A stretch of DNA of 64,000 nt, taken from IMG/VR virus record IMGVR_UViG_3300040801_001819, positions 1 through 64,000 of that record. One strand, written 5' to 3'. The translations under genes and the position numbers were made by a program. Under the pieces are notes generated by a model. The model was not told where the DNA came from. It ran no database searches and worked only from the letters and a program-made list of their open reading frames with translations. Of the stretch, positions 1 through 10,700 are shown in pieces; positions within the stretch are counted from its first letter, which is position 1; each line of letters starts with the position of its first letter. The DNA comes from a virus.

Positions 1-3000
1 ATAAGATTCTATGTTTCTAGACCCTATTCCTGCATAATTAGGAGTAAGAGTTGGAGTAGGTATTTCTACCCATTTACCATCCATGGCCTTATACCATTTT
101 TTAGATTTAAGATCCCATAAGTGTACAGGTTTATTCATTTTTTGCGCAAGTGTAACAGCAGTATTAGTTCCACCATAAACAGCGGCGTTAAATAAATCTG
201 TATCCATCTCTGCAATAGCAAATACACTATCAGAATTAGCTACTTGATAATAGTTTCTAACTTGTAGATTACCTTTTAAGTCATCTGCATATTTTATACC
301 AGTAAGTCTTTCAACCTCTTTTCTAGCAAGATCCATCTCTTCTTTAGAAAGAACAGTAGCAGAAGATGTTTTTTTAATCCCAGATGCAACTCTTGCATTA
401 TTAGCATCTTTATAGTGTTTATGATTTACAACACCAAATTCTCTACCTATTTGATCCCAAAATGAATCAGCACCATAAGCTCCACCTGAATGATTTGTAA
501 AATTAGAAGGATTTATTTCAGAAACAGCTTTATCTATGTTTACCTCTGTATATTGTAATCCAGTTTCAAGGTCAACATTAGCAATAACAATTTCACCAGA
601 TTCTTGATCAATCATATCGTATCTATCACCTGAATTTTTAACCCAAATATGATTATCAGGCATATTATCTCTGCCTTCAGTCTTTCCATTTGTAAATTCA
701 GAAAATAAAGTATAAAAAGTAAAGAATTCATTAGGCAACTTTCCTTGTGAAGATGCTATATATTTCTTAAAAGAAGCTATATCTTCATCAAATATAATCT
801 TTTTTGAAACTTCTCGAACATTCTCACTTGGAGTATTTTCTTGAACACTCACACCTGTTCTTTCTTCAACAAATCCAGGATCAGATCTAAGTTGTTTCAT
901 TATATCTCTAATCTCACCCTTAATCTTAGTAGGAACATTATTTCCTTCAACAACAGACTTAGTAGGAGCTTCTTTTTCATTATATTCGAAGATACTACCT
1001 TTACTAGATTTGTGTCCAAGCTTATGTGTACGAGTATATACAGGATTTCCATTAACTTCTCCTCTTAATATGAATAAACCATAATTTGGAATAGCACCTT
1101 TATCATATACTTCTTTTTGATTAAGCATTACTTTTGTAAATTTAGGGAATGTTTTATTACCCATAAAATCTACATCAACTGCAACAGAATATTTTTCTTC
1201 GTCACTGATAAATCCAGTTCCAAGACTAAATAAACTTCCGAAACCTTTTATTTTATCAGCTCTAAGCTCAGGAACTAATTTAGAACCCAATGTTTTATTA
1301 TCCCATTGATGTCTTAGCATTTGATCTTTAAAGTCTTCACCTGCAACCATATTGTCAACAGTTCTAAACATCTCATCAATCTCAAATGCAATACCTTGTT
1401 CTGCAAAGAAATTATGTGGGATATGTGAAAAGAATTGATTTAAATTATTATTAAATCCAGATTGTGAGTACGCGTATCTTATTAAATCTAGTCCAAGCTT
1501 TCTTTCGGCCGGATCAGAAGAATTAAGTAGTTGAGACCACGCTCTGTATATTCTATTGTTAAAACTTTTTGTAGCTGTTCTAGAATCTATTCCTAAAAAT
1601 TCGTATCCACCTGAAGTCTCTATTCTAAATTCTTGAATTAAGAAATTATCACTAGTTTCCTTAAGCGCAGAAATTTGTTCTGGTAAAACTTTAAATAAAT
1701 AATCATGATCTGAGTTGTTATCTTTAAAGACAGACAATCCAGACATAGAATAAGATCTAAAAGAATTTTCTAACACTCTTCCTAATTCAGGATCAGTTAA
1801 TAATCCTTTTCCCAAAGCTTCAGATACGCTGTCAAAAGCATGCAATACTTCTTGCTTACCAGCCAAGAATAAATCACTAGCTTGTAATACATCGCTAACC
1901 CATAACACTCCATTATGATAGTAATGACCCATCATGGTAGATGTAGCATGTGCATCAGTAAACCCTTTAGAAGCATATCCTAATATTTTCTTAGCATTAA
2001 GAACAGCATTCACTTTATTTTTAGCAATATGTAAAGGTAGAACTCCACCTCCATTACCTTTGGTATCAGCTTTAGCAGCAGAGACACTGGCGTTGAAAGC
2101 TCGTGCATGATCTTGAAAGAATTCAAATATATCCAGGATCTTGCCTTGTTCAATTTTCTCTTCAGTAGTAAGGGCGCCTTCTTTTTTAATTGCAGCCTCC
2201 ATATTAGATGGGTTTAAAGCAGCAACATCAGCTTCAGTAGCATCACCTTTCTTAACACCATATTGTAATCTAATATACTCCATTGGAGTTACAGTTTTGC
2301 CTGAGTCTCCAAAAGTTAATCTTCTTGCAGTTTTACCATCTGACATATTTATAACATCAACTAAATCTTTAAGAATAGGTTGACCTATAAATCTGTTAAC
2401 CCATGATACAGGAGCTCCTGCTCGTAATAACATAAATGTAATACCTGCTGTATGAACATTGTGGTTGCCACGAGAAATATAAGGATCTTTTGCAATATCA
2501 ACATACGCGTTTAAGAATGCAGATAGTACATCACTAATGCTATTCTTACCATCTGTGTCTGTAAGGTTATCAAACTTTGTATTACCTTTAGAGTCTTTAT
2601 GTCCAATACCTAAGTATCCGTTAAGCGTAATGTTTAAACTTTGGTTACTTACATGGTCCACTAACTGGTTTGCAGTCTGTGCCACACCGAACTTACCAGA
2701 CAAGTATTCAAACTTAGTCTTAATTTGTTGTATAGGGCTCATAAACTGTAAACTTCCTAACTCTTGTGGAGGAAATAAACCAATAATATCATTCTTTAAG
2801 AAACCAGCGTCAATTGATGTCATCATTTGGTCGTAAGTGTGAGGACTTGTAAGAACACTAGTATATAAATCTACTAGCATATTTTGCTTACCTTTTTTAG
2901 AGTCCATGTTACTTGGTACCTTTTGGATTTTTCCATCTCTCACTTCAAGGTGATGCGTCATAACATACATCTTGTCTATATCAAAGTCACTACCAGTCTT

Positions 3001-6000
3001 ACCAGGTACAGCATCGTAAGCAATAATACTATCTCCTAACTCAGGAGGAAGTATACCAACAATCTCTAACGGATCATTAGAAGACATCCCTTGGTTAGGT
3101 ATTCTATACGCAACCATTTGTAGTGCACTAGGATCTAAAATTTCCTTAAGCTTAGCAGCTGACATGTTCCATGGATTTATTCTCTGTGGATCATTCTCAT
3201 CTTTAAATTGTTTGTTATATTTATCAATAGTGCTTCTTATTGCACTATATGGTAACATTGCTTGACCAGGTAAAACTTTTCCAGTCTTTTTATCAATACG
3301 TGGTGGCTTTAATCCTTTTGGATCATAGTTATCAGATACTATTTTGATACCGGATCTAAGAATTTTAGTTGGGCCAGTATTTACACCCAATTCTTTTTGA
3401 GCAAGATTTAATCCTTCTAAAAAAGCTTTATCAATTAACTGATTTGTGTTGTGAGTAAATTCTTTATATTTAACTAATTTTTTAGCAGATTCAGAATTAC
3501 GATTTTGTTTAAAACTTTCTACAACTAGCGTTTTCATCAATCCTAAACTATCTGCATCCTTCATTTCAGCAATTGTTCCTTTTCCTCTTATTTTTTTTCC
3601 ATAACCTCCTATTTTATTATAAGCATCGTAAGTTTCTTTATCAAAATCTCCTGATTTGTTAGATTGATATGCATGCTCAACACTGCCGTATTCTTTACCT
3701 TTATATGTAAATCTTCTTTCTGCTAAATTAGATAAAACTTTTGTAGATTTACTTGATTCAGCTTGACCGTAATAAACATTTATAGTTCCTTCTGGAGCAT
3801 CTTCTTTTACTATTTCTTTTACAGACTCTAATCCAAAAGGAGAAACTTGAATAAAACTACCACCATTGGTTTTAACTTTAATAAGTTCTTTATTAAAAAT
3901 AGACATAAAGATACTTTGTACTCTTCCTGCTAATTGAGGAATAGCATCAAATGGCATCTCTTTTTCTAAGGCTGAAATAATATTTTCATCTCCACCTCTT
4001 GATTTAAATTCGTCAATAAGAGCCTCATAGACTGCCGTCATATTAGTAATCTTATTATCTTCTCCTATTCCGAACTTAGCACCAAGTGCTTCTCTTCCCT
4101 CTCCAACTAGTGATCCAATAGTATCATGAATCATTTGCATGATTTCTCTACCAGTTTTAGGTTCGCCATTAAGTTCATAGTTAGCTAATTTAGAAGATAA
4201 GTCAATACCAGCTAATATGTTCTTTTGGATTTGAGATCCAGTAAGAGTATCATGAATAAGCTTTGTAGGTAGATCTTGTTGTAACTTCCAGCCTGAATTA
4301 ATTAAAGGAGTTGAATTTAATTCAAATTCTGCTAATAACTCACCGTCTTTAGTGTGAATATCTGTTATTCCTTTTGCTCCAACTTTTACGCCGTCTCGAG
4401 TAATAACTTCATGAAGTTCATCTTTTTTATTAACATATGGCTCACCTGTTGCAGGATCTATTGTCATCTTATCGTATAGAGCTTGCATTGGAGTGTTTTT
4501 AACTAAACTAGGAACTAATACAGCCTGTGAATATTTTAAATATACAGGACGTCCGTTATTAATTTCGAAATATACACCTTTCAATGATTGAGCAGCAAGC
4601 TTAAGTTCTTTAGGCCCTAGCTCTTTGCCATCTATCATTTTCTTGAATACTTTCTCATGCTGAGCACCCCATTGGCCTAATCTCTCTTTAAGAAACTTCC
4701 ATCTATAAGGAGTTATCCATGCTTGAGCATCAGTGGTATTTATTCCTCCATTCACACCAGGTATTTTGTCATAAACTAAAGCTATACTTGCATTAGCTTG
4801 ACTTAGTCCATAATATTTAGAAGGGTAATTTACATCAGTGCCTGGAATTACAGATCCTTTTTTTATAATAGGATCTCCTTTTTTATTTCTTATTTTTAAA
4901 GAATTAATTATTTCATCTAAAAACTTAGAGGCAACCTCAACACCATTAACTGTTGCTTGATTAAAATACTTGTGATCATTCTCACTAAGTCTTAATTGTA
5001 ATCCATCAGTATATGTTGCAGGAATACGCTTAATTAAATCACTTTGATTTTTGTAGTAAGCAGGATCACCAGAAAATAACTTAGTATATTCAATAGTAGA
5101 AATAAGTCCATTAACCACATAATCACCAACCATTGTATGTACTGGTGAACTTTGAGATTCATATGAAGCCATTAAAGATTTATCAATAGTAAGGGCCTTT
5201 AATCCACCCTTTTCTTTTGGATCAACTTCTATAATTTTATTTTTTCTTAACTCCTGAAGAGTTTCTTTCATTCTATCCTTGATAGCTTGTACAACAAATG
5301 GTCTTAAAGCCTCTTTCTGAGTATTAGATAATCCAGAAATTGTAGATTTTTTAGGACGGTTATTATCATATAAGATAGCTCTAACTTCCTTAGAAGCTTC
5401 AGCAGGTGAGAATTCTGGAAACAATTGAGACTTAAGCGCATTCATACTCTTAGTATGATAGTGCTCTATCTTTTTTGAATCAGGAAGATTATCTATTTGA
5501 TCAGCTGCTTCAGCCATCCTGTTATATTCATCTTCAAAGTAGCCTATAAATATATCAGATGTAGCATCATCAACCTCTGTTCCTTTACCATTAGTATATA
5601 CTATACCTGTTTCAAACATTTCGAAACCTGCAAGATCCATTTTACGGGATTTATCAGCCGGAACAATAGTAGGAAATAATGACTTTTGGGCAGAAGCTTT
5701 CTTACCAAGAATTTTTACCATACTATCATTAATAGCATCAGCAATTGTTATATTAGTATTATCAACACCGTCATTTTTATTTTTGGATTTCATAGAGCTC
5801 GACAAGCCTATTTGAACATCCTGAATTCTTTCTAATGATTTAGCTTCGCGTTCACTATCATTAACAATGTCAGCAGCTAGTAAGTATTTTAACCATCTAG
5901 AATTCTTGTTATAAGTTAAGCTAGCTAAAGCTTGTATATCCATAGTATCATCTACTCCAGCTTGCTGTTTCCAGGAATTAAGCTTGTTATGTAAATAACT

Positions 6001-7677
6001 TAATGAAGAATAGGTCCAATATGTCTTACCTTCATTACCAACAATTGTATTCTCAGATAATTGAATAGCACTCAATCCTCTTGCAGTAGCTAATCTACCT
6101 AATACTAATTGATCATCAAATGGATTTTTAAATTCACCAGCTACAACAAATGGAGCTTTATCATCTTTTATGATAGCCATGGTTCTTTCCATACCTTCAT
6201 ATAAAGCTTTTACTTCACCATATCTTTTTTCCGGATCACTAACCTGAAGAATGAAGTTACGCATATCAAGGTTATTAACGTTGATACCAAGCACATTCAT
6301 TGCTCCCATTAAAATAGGAAGATTCTCACTAATACTTTTAATTTTAGACGCTAATGTTCCTCTTGTTCCTACTTGACCAATAAATTTTTTCTTTGACTCA
6401 GTAATCATGTCAGATATTTGTTCAATATCGACAGCTTTATTCATCTTACCCTTGCTGGTTAAGAATTTCTTTCTAAAATTACGGCCCCATTCAGCTTTAA
6501 GCTTACTAGATCTCGAGTTTGTAGAAGAAGCATTGATTACTTTTATATTACGACCGTTAACTTCAGTTACATAATAATCAAGTTGAGCTTTAGAGAAAGC
6601 TTGAAAAAATTCTGTAATTTTATTTCTTTCACTAATCTTCTCTGAAGTATTTAATTCTTTTAGTCTGTCTACTAATCCTTCTGTCCATGGCTTAACTAGT
6701 TTTAAGCCCTCAAGCTTCTCAACCATTAAGTCAAATACATCCTGAACATCTCCTCCTAAGTTAAAGTTAACTAAGTCAGATAGCATTGGCTCCAATGTAG
6801 TCCATACGTCATCAAATTCAACAAACTGTGGTTTACCTAAAAACCTACCAGGAACAGTAGAAATAACCATTTCATTTTTACCGTTCTCATTTACATATGG
6901 AGTTCCGTCAGGATTTTTCCTAAGCTCTCTTTTAGTATCTAATACAGTGGATAATAGTAACTTTACATTTACAGACGCAGTGTCTTTAGAATTCTTTGTA
7001 AAGCTTTCAGCGAAATTCATTCCAGTGGATTTGTCTTCTTCAGCCATTTCCACTTCTGGATTTCCATTCTCATCAGTTAAGTCAACAATTTGATCCTTTC
7101 TAGCACCTGCTTTAATACGCTTGCTTGATGTAAGACCCATGTCTTCAATTTGATTCCTTACCTCAATAACAAAATCATCTTTATATTTTTCAATAAGATC
7201 TGCACGCATTTGTGCATCAGGATCTCCTACATTTTCAGCTCTATAAGCATCAATGCTAGATTGAATAGACTCAGATATCTTTAGACCTTTTATATTCTCA
7301 ATGTTATTAAAATCAAATCCTTCCTTAGTTGAGAACAACTCATATCTAAGTTGATTAGTGATTTCAAATACGTCGTCTGGATCTATTTCTGGAAACTTAA
7401 TCTTGTTTAAGAAGTCTTTCTTGCCATTCTTAAGTTTATAGTAGAATTGGTTACCAGATTTAAATAATCTAGGATAACCATTATCATCTTGCCTTAATGC
7501 ACCTTGTTTGTCAGTCCATTTAGCATCTTTATTATTTTCCCAATCGCCGAATACTTGTTTGAATGAATCAGAAGCAATTCTTCGTGCTTCTGCATTAGCT
7601 AGTTCTTGAGTTCCCAAAATGGTAACTAGCTTTTCCTCAAACTTCATGGCGCCTATACAATTCGAATTCTTTCCCAT
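1..7677 (-). CDS. giant virion-packaged RNA polymerase (crAss-like vRNAP); N-terminus complete, C-terminus runs off the window; at least 2559 aa
   Basis: Absent from the ORF track because there is no stop inside the window. My manual minus-strand translation from ATG 7677 (or in-frame ATG 7647) is stop-free to nt 1 (7677 = 3 x 2559). The track lists no minus-strand ORF fragments in 1-7700. It has the RNAP beta-prime-like metal motif GSDFDIDKM (nt 2974-2988), preceded by AYRIPNQGMSS. It lies downstream of the ejection-protein block, as in crAss-like phages. Confidence 0.85.
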   Translation of the reverse strand, partial: MGKNSNCIGAMKFEEKLVTILGTQELANAEARRIASDSFKQVFGDWENNKDAKWTDKQGALRQDDNGYPRLFKSGNQFYYKLKNGKKDFLNKIKFPEIDPDDVFEITNQLRYELFSTKEGFDFNNIENIKGLKISESIQSSIDAYRAENVGDPDAQMRADLIEKYKDDFVIEVRNQIEDMGLTSSKRIKAGARKDQIVDLTDENGNPEVEMAEEDKSTGMNFAESFTKNSKDTASVNVKLLLSTVLDTKRELRKNPDGTPYVNENGKNEMVISTVPGRFLGKPQFVEFDDVWTTLEPMLSDLVNFNLGGDVQDVFDLMVEKLEGLKLVKPWTEGLVDRLKELNTSEKISERNKITEFFQAFSKAQLDYYVTEVNGRNIKVINASSTNSRSSKLKAEWGRNFRKKFLTSKGKMNKAVDIEQISDMITESKKKFIGQVGTRGTLASKIKSISENLPILMGAMNVLGINVNNLDMRNFILQVSDPEKRYGEVKALYEGMERTMAIIKDDKAPFVVAGEFKNPFDDQLVLGRLATARGLSAIQLSENTIVGNEGKTYWTYSSLSYLHNKLNSWKQQAGVDDTMDIQALASLTYNKNSRWLKYLLAADIVNDSEREAKSLERIQDVQIGLSSSMKSKNKNDGVDNTNITIADAINDSMVKILGKKASAQKSLFPTIVPADKSRKMDLAGFEMFETGIVYTNGKGTEVDDATSDIFIGYFEDEYNRMAEAADQIDNLPDSKKIEHYHTKSMNALKSQLFPEFSPAEASKEVRAILYDNNRPKKSTISGLSNTQKEALRPFVVQAIKDRMKETLQELRKNKIIEVDPKEKGGLKALTIDKSLMASYESQSSPVHTMVGDYVVNGLISTIEYTKLFSGDPAYYKNQSDLIKRIPATYTDGLQLRLSENDHKYFNQATVNGVEVASKFLDEIINSLKIRNKKGDPIIKKGSVIPGTDVNYPSKYYGLSQANASIALVYDKIPGVNGGINTTDAQAWITPYRWKFLKERLGQWGAQHEKVFKKMIDGKELGPKELKLAAQSLKGVYFEINNGRPVYLKYSQAVLVPSLVKNTPMQALYDKMTIDPATGEPYVNKKDELHEVITRDGVKVGAKGITDIHTKDGELLAEFELNSTPLINSGWKLQQDLPTKLIHDTLTGSQIQKNILAGIDLSSKLANYELNGEPKTGREIMQMIHDTIGSLVGEGREALGAKFGIGEDNKITNMTAVYEALIDEFKSRGGDENIISALEKEMPFDAIPQLAGRVQSIFMSIFNKELIKVKTNGGSFIQVSPFGLESVKEIVKEDAPEGTINVYYGQAESSKSTKVLSNLAERRFTYKGKEYGSVEHAYQSNKSGDFDKETYDAYNKIGGYGKKIRGKGTIAEMKDADSLGLMKTLVVESFKQNRNSESAKKLVKYKEFTHNTNQLIDKAFLEGLNLAQKELGVNTGPTKILRSGIKIVSDNYDPKGLKPPRIDKKTGKVLPGQAMLPYSAIRSTIDKYNKQFKDENDPQRINPWNMSAAKLKEILDPSALQMVAYRIPNQGMSSNDPLEIVGILPPELGDSIIAYDAVPGKTGSDFDIDKMYVMTHHLEVRDGKIQKVPSNMDSKKGKQNMLVDLYTSVLTSPHTYDQMMTSIDAGFLKNDIIGLFPPQELGSLQFMSPIQQIKTKFEYLSGKFGVAQTANQLVDHVSNQSLNITLNGYLGIGHKDSKGNTKFDNLTDTDGKNSISDVLSAFLNAYVDIAKDPYISRGNHNVHTAGITFMLLRAGAPVSWVNRFIGQPILKDLVDVINMSDGKTARRLTFGDSGKTVTPMEYIRLQYGVKKGDATEADVAALNPSNMEAAIKKEGALTTEEKIEQGKILDIFEFFQDHARAFNASVSAAKADTKGNGGGVLPLHIAKNKVNAVLNAKKILGYASKGFTDAHATSTMMGHYYHNGVLWVSDVLQASDLFLAGKQEVLHAFDSVSEALGKGLLTDPELGRVLENSFRSYSMSGLSVFKDNNSDHDYLFKVLPEQISALKETSDNFLIQEFRIETSGGYEFLGIDSRTATKSFNNRIYRAWSQLLNSSDPAERKLGLDLIRYAYSQSGFNNNLNQFFSHIPHNFFAEQGIAFEIDEMFRTVDNMVAGEDFKDQMLRHQWDNKTLGSKLVPELRADKIKGFGSLFSLGTGFISDEEKYSVAVDVDFMGNKTFPKFTKVMLNQKEVYDKGAIPNYGLFILRGEVNGNPVYTRTHKLGHKSSKGSIFEYNEKEAPTKSVVEGNNVPTKIKGEIRDIMKQLRSDPGFVEERTGVSVQENTPSENVREVSKKIIFDEDIASFKKYIASSQGKLPNEFFTFYTLFSEFTNGKTEGRDNMPDNHIWVKNSGDRYDMIDQESGEIVIANVDLETGLQYTEVNIDKAVSEINPSNFTNHSGGAYGADSFWDQIGREFGVVNHKHYKDANNARVASGIKKTSSATVLSKEEMDLARKEVERLTGIKYADDLKGNLQVRNYYQVANSDSVFAIAEMDTDLFNAAVYGGTNTAVTLAQKMNKPVHLWDLKSKKWYKAMDGKWVEIPTPTLTPNYAGIGSRNIESY

Positions 7678-7702
7678 TTGCTTTATAGCGTTTTAAAATT
7701 TA

Positions 7703-10700
7703 TTATATTATACAATCCCAGTCTCCCTGTTCTTCAGTTTTAATTACATTAGGATCTATTTCTTTTGTTTTTTGTTTCTTATCAATCTTTTCAGCATCTT
7801 TTGCTTCTTCAGAAGATTCTACTTCTACATTCTTATTAGCTTTTAGTTCTCTTTGTGCCATTTTGTTTCTAGCTTTAACTTCTTCTGAATCATTTAAATC
7901 TACAAGAATTTCATTTATTTCAGAAGTCTTATCTGTAAATATAGCGTTTTCTCTCATAGAAAGCAAATTATTTTCAGCAATTTTTTTAGCAATCTTATTT
8001 AATTGCATTTTAGATATATCACCTTTATCAACAAACTTTTTCCAAATACCATCAGAAATAGTTTCATTTAAAGAATCTTCAACAGTAATATTACCTAAAG
8101 CAGCTAATTCTGCATCGTATTTAGCATTGATTTTATCTTTTATAAATTGATCTACTTCTCCTAAATTTAAACCTTTTGGATTATAAATTTCCCCTTTTGT
8201 ATAATTATAAGGAGAATACTTTTTATCTTTAAACTCAGCTTTATTATGTATCTCTATTCTATTAAACTCTTGTAATTCTTTTTGTCTTCTTCTTTCTATA
8301 TCAGCTTTTTGTGCATCTATTGATTTACTTGATGGATCTATTGTTGTTTTTTGAATAGGAACTTCCTTAATAACAGTAGATGCTTTTTGAGCAGGTTGAG
8401 CTAATCTTTCAGCATCATATCTTTCTTTTATTAGCTTACGAACCATGTCAGCATTTTTACCGTATACTGGAATTCTTTTTCTATTTTTATCAAAGAATAC
8501 GCCGGCAAAGCCTTTCTCTCTTTCATCAACAACACCAGCATTATCAGAAGCTGCTTGTCTAGAATCAATATCTTTGTTAGCCTTAGTTGCTTCCTTAGGG
8601 CTCACTTCAGTAACTTCAGGAGTATCTTCAGGCACAGCAAATCCTATATCAAACTTAAATGGAGGTAATCCATTATCACGGCCAAGAGTTTTATTCTCAT
8701 TAAATAATGGCTTCTCAGTACCAACAACAGCGTCAGTAGACATTACGCCATTAGTCATCATTTCTCTATATTTAGGACCTATTACAGCATCATTCCATTG
8801 TTTAAGATTAAGTTGACGTCTCTTGAAATCTTGTATAAACCCAATAAGAGCATCTCTATTATCACCTACATTCTTAGGTGTAACAATAGCTTTAACATCT
8901 GTACCATAATGGATCCATTCACCTGTTAGGTGTAAATGAGTTTCTTTACCAGCTGTTTCAGCCGTCATGTGTACAAACAATTTAGCCACATCCATTGTTT
9001 TAGCATCTTTACCTAATACAGCAAATTCAGAAGGATGATCTTCTTTAAATCTTTTAAATAACTCAGGATGTTCACTTAATCTAGCCTCTTTACCAAGCTT
9101 CTTGGTAATAACAGCTATAAGTAAGTCTGCAACAAATGTAGCTTCTACTGTTGTTGGGCGTCTTAGGTTAAGCTTTAAAGGAAATGGATCTCCATTAGCC
9201 TTAGGAACATTTAAAAATACACCACCTTTGTAAGGTACTGGATTTCCTTTGTCATCTTGTGTTCTTAATACATCTATTTGTAATCCTTCAAAGTCAGGAT
9301 GATCTGTTTTATCACTAGCCTTAACTAAAGTGCCATTCTCATTAGTAACCATTAAGTCTACTTTACCCATATTACCATCAATAAATGGGAAATCCATTAT
9401 ATTGTTTTCAGGCACAGTGTTATCCTCAGTTTCTTCAACATGTAAGTTTCCTCCAAATTGATAAGTAACTTGAGTTTTAGTGTTTCCTTTAAACATCTGT
9501 CTAATAATAGCCTCTCTTTTTGGCAATTCATTAGTTTTAAAGAATGTATTTGATGGAGAGAATGCAGGTATATATGACCAAATCTCTTCAGTAAGCTGAA
9601 TCTTTATAGGAAGATGATTAAATAAAATATCTTTTTCCTCAGATGTAAGCTTATTTTTAGGATTAGCCTTAGCTCTGTTGTAAATATTAATTGCCTGTTG
9701 GGCTAATTGCAAATATTTTCCACTAGGATCACCTATCACAAAATCTAAAAGGACTGGTTTGCCATCCTTCATTCCAGTTTTGTCCTTACCATTAAACACC
9801 CAGTCTTTCCAACCAGGACCATTAAGATTAGCATACATAGGAACCTTTATGTTCTTATACGCTTTAGTGTTAATAGCTCTATCTTGTGACTTCTCTTTGC
9901 TTTTAGTAATCTTAGAGACAGTAGTTTGCTCCTCAGCGAACTCATCTTCTACGTTATCATTAACCTTAGCGTTGTTAGCATTGGTTATAGTCTTAGTATC
10001 TTTCTTAGCTTCATTAACGGCAGCTAACTTCTCAGCTTCTCTAGCCTCATCGTTCTTATATTCTTGAGCAAGAGCAGCCTCATTAGCTAATTCCTCTATA
10101 TTCTCATTAACAGTAGCAAGTTCAGCAGCTTTTTCATCTTTAGTTAAGAATGGAGCATTTTCAATTTCCTTCTTAATAGCTTCACCTTGCTCTTCATTCT
10201 CTATTTTAGAGTTGATCTTTTCTTTTAAAGCTTCTTTTTTAAGACCATTTCTATAACTTTCACTGCGAATAGCGTCATTCTCTAATTGATTAAGCATTAT
10301 CTCTGCGTTATTACGCTCCTTAACCATATTAGCTTGAACAAGCTCATTAGTGATATCTTCTGTAAAACCTTGAGCTATCCTAGAATCTTCCCTTTTTTTG
10401 TCAGCATCTCTTGGATCATCTTTGTTTTCAGCATCATATTGTTTAGTTAGTTTAGATATTCTAGCCTCATTTTCTTTTATGATTTTTTCAATATGTGGTT
10501 TTCTTAACTCACTTACTTTACCTGATTTAAGTTGATCTTTGAATGCTTGATTCATTTCAGCTAAAGCTCTTAACTTAATTACTCCTTCAACTTTATTAAG
10601 TTGAGTTGTAGACATAGCATTAATATTCGGAATAGAATAAGTAGTAGATTGGATTTTTTCATCCATCTTCTTTGAGTTCTCAACAAATCTTTTAGTTCTG

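Noticed and set aside
841-5679. Plus-strand track ORFs 841..1068, 2141..2383, 2537..2836 and 5497..5679
   Set aside because: They are antisense shadows inside the vRNAP ORF, with low-complexity, Ser/Phe/Leu/Ile-rich translations.
1-7700. Possible stop-codon reassignment (TAG or TGA recoding, known in some crAss-like phages), suggested by the total lack of minus-strand ORFs in the track
   Set aside because: Hand translation with the standard code is open from 7677 to 1. Recoding would leave many fragments of 60 aa or more in the track, and none are listed. All other late genes are intact under the standard code.
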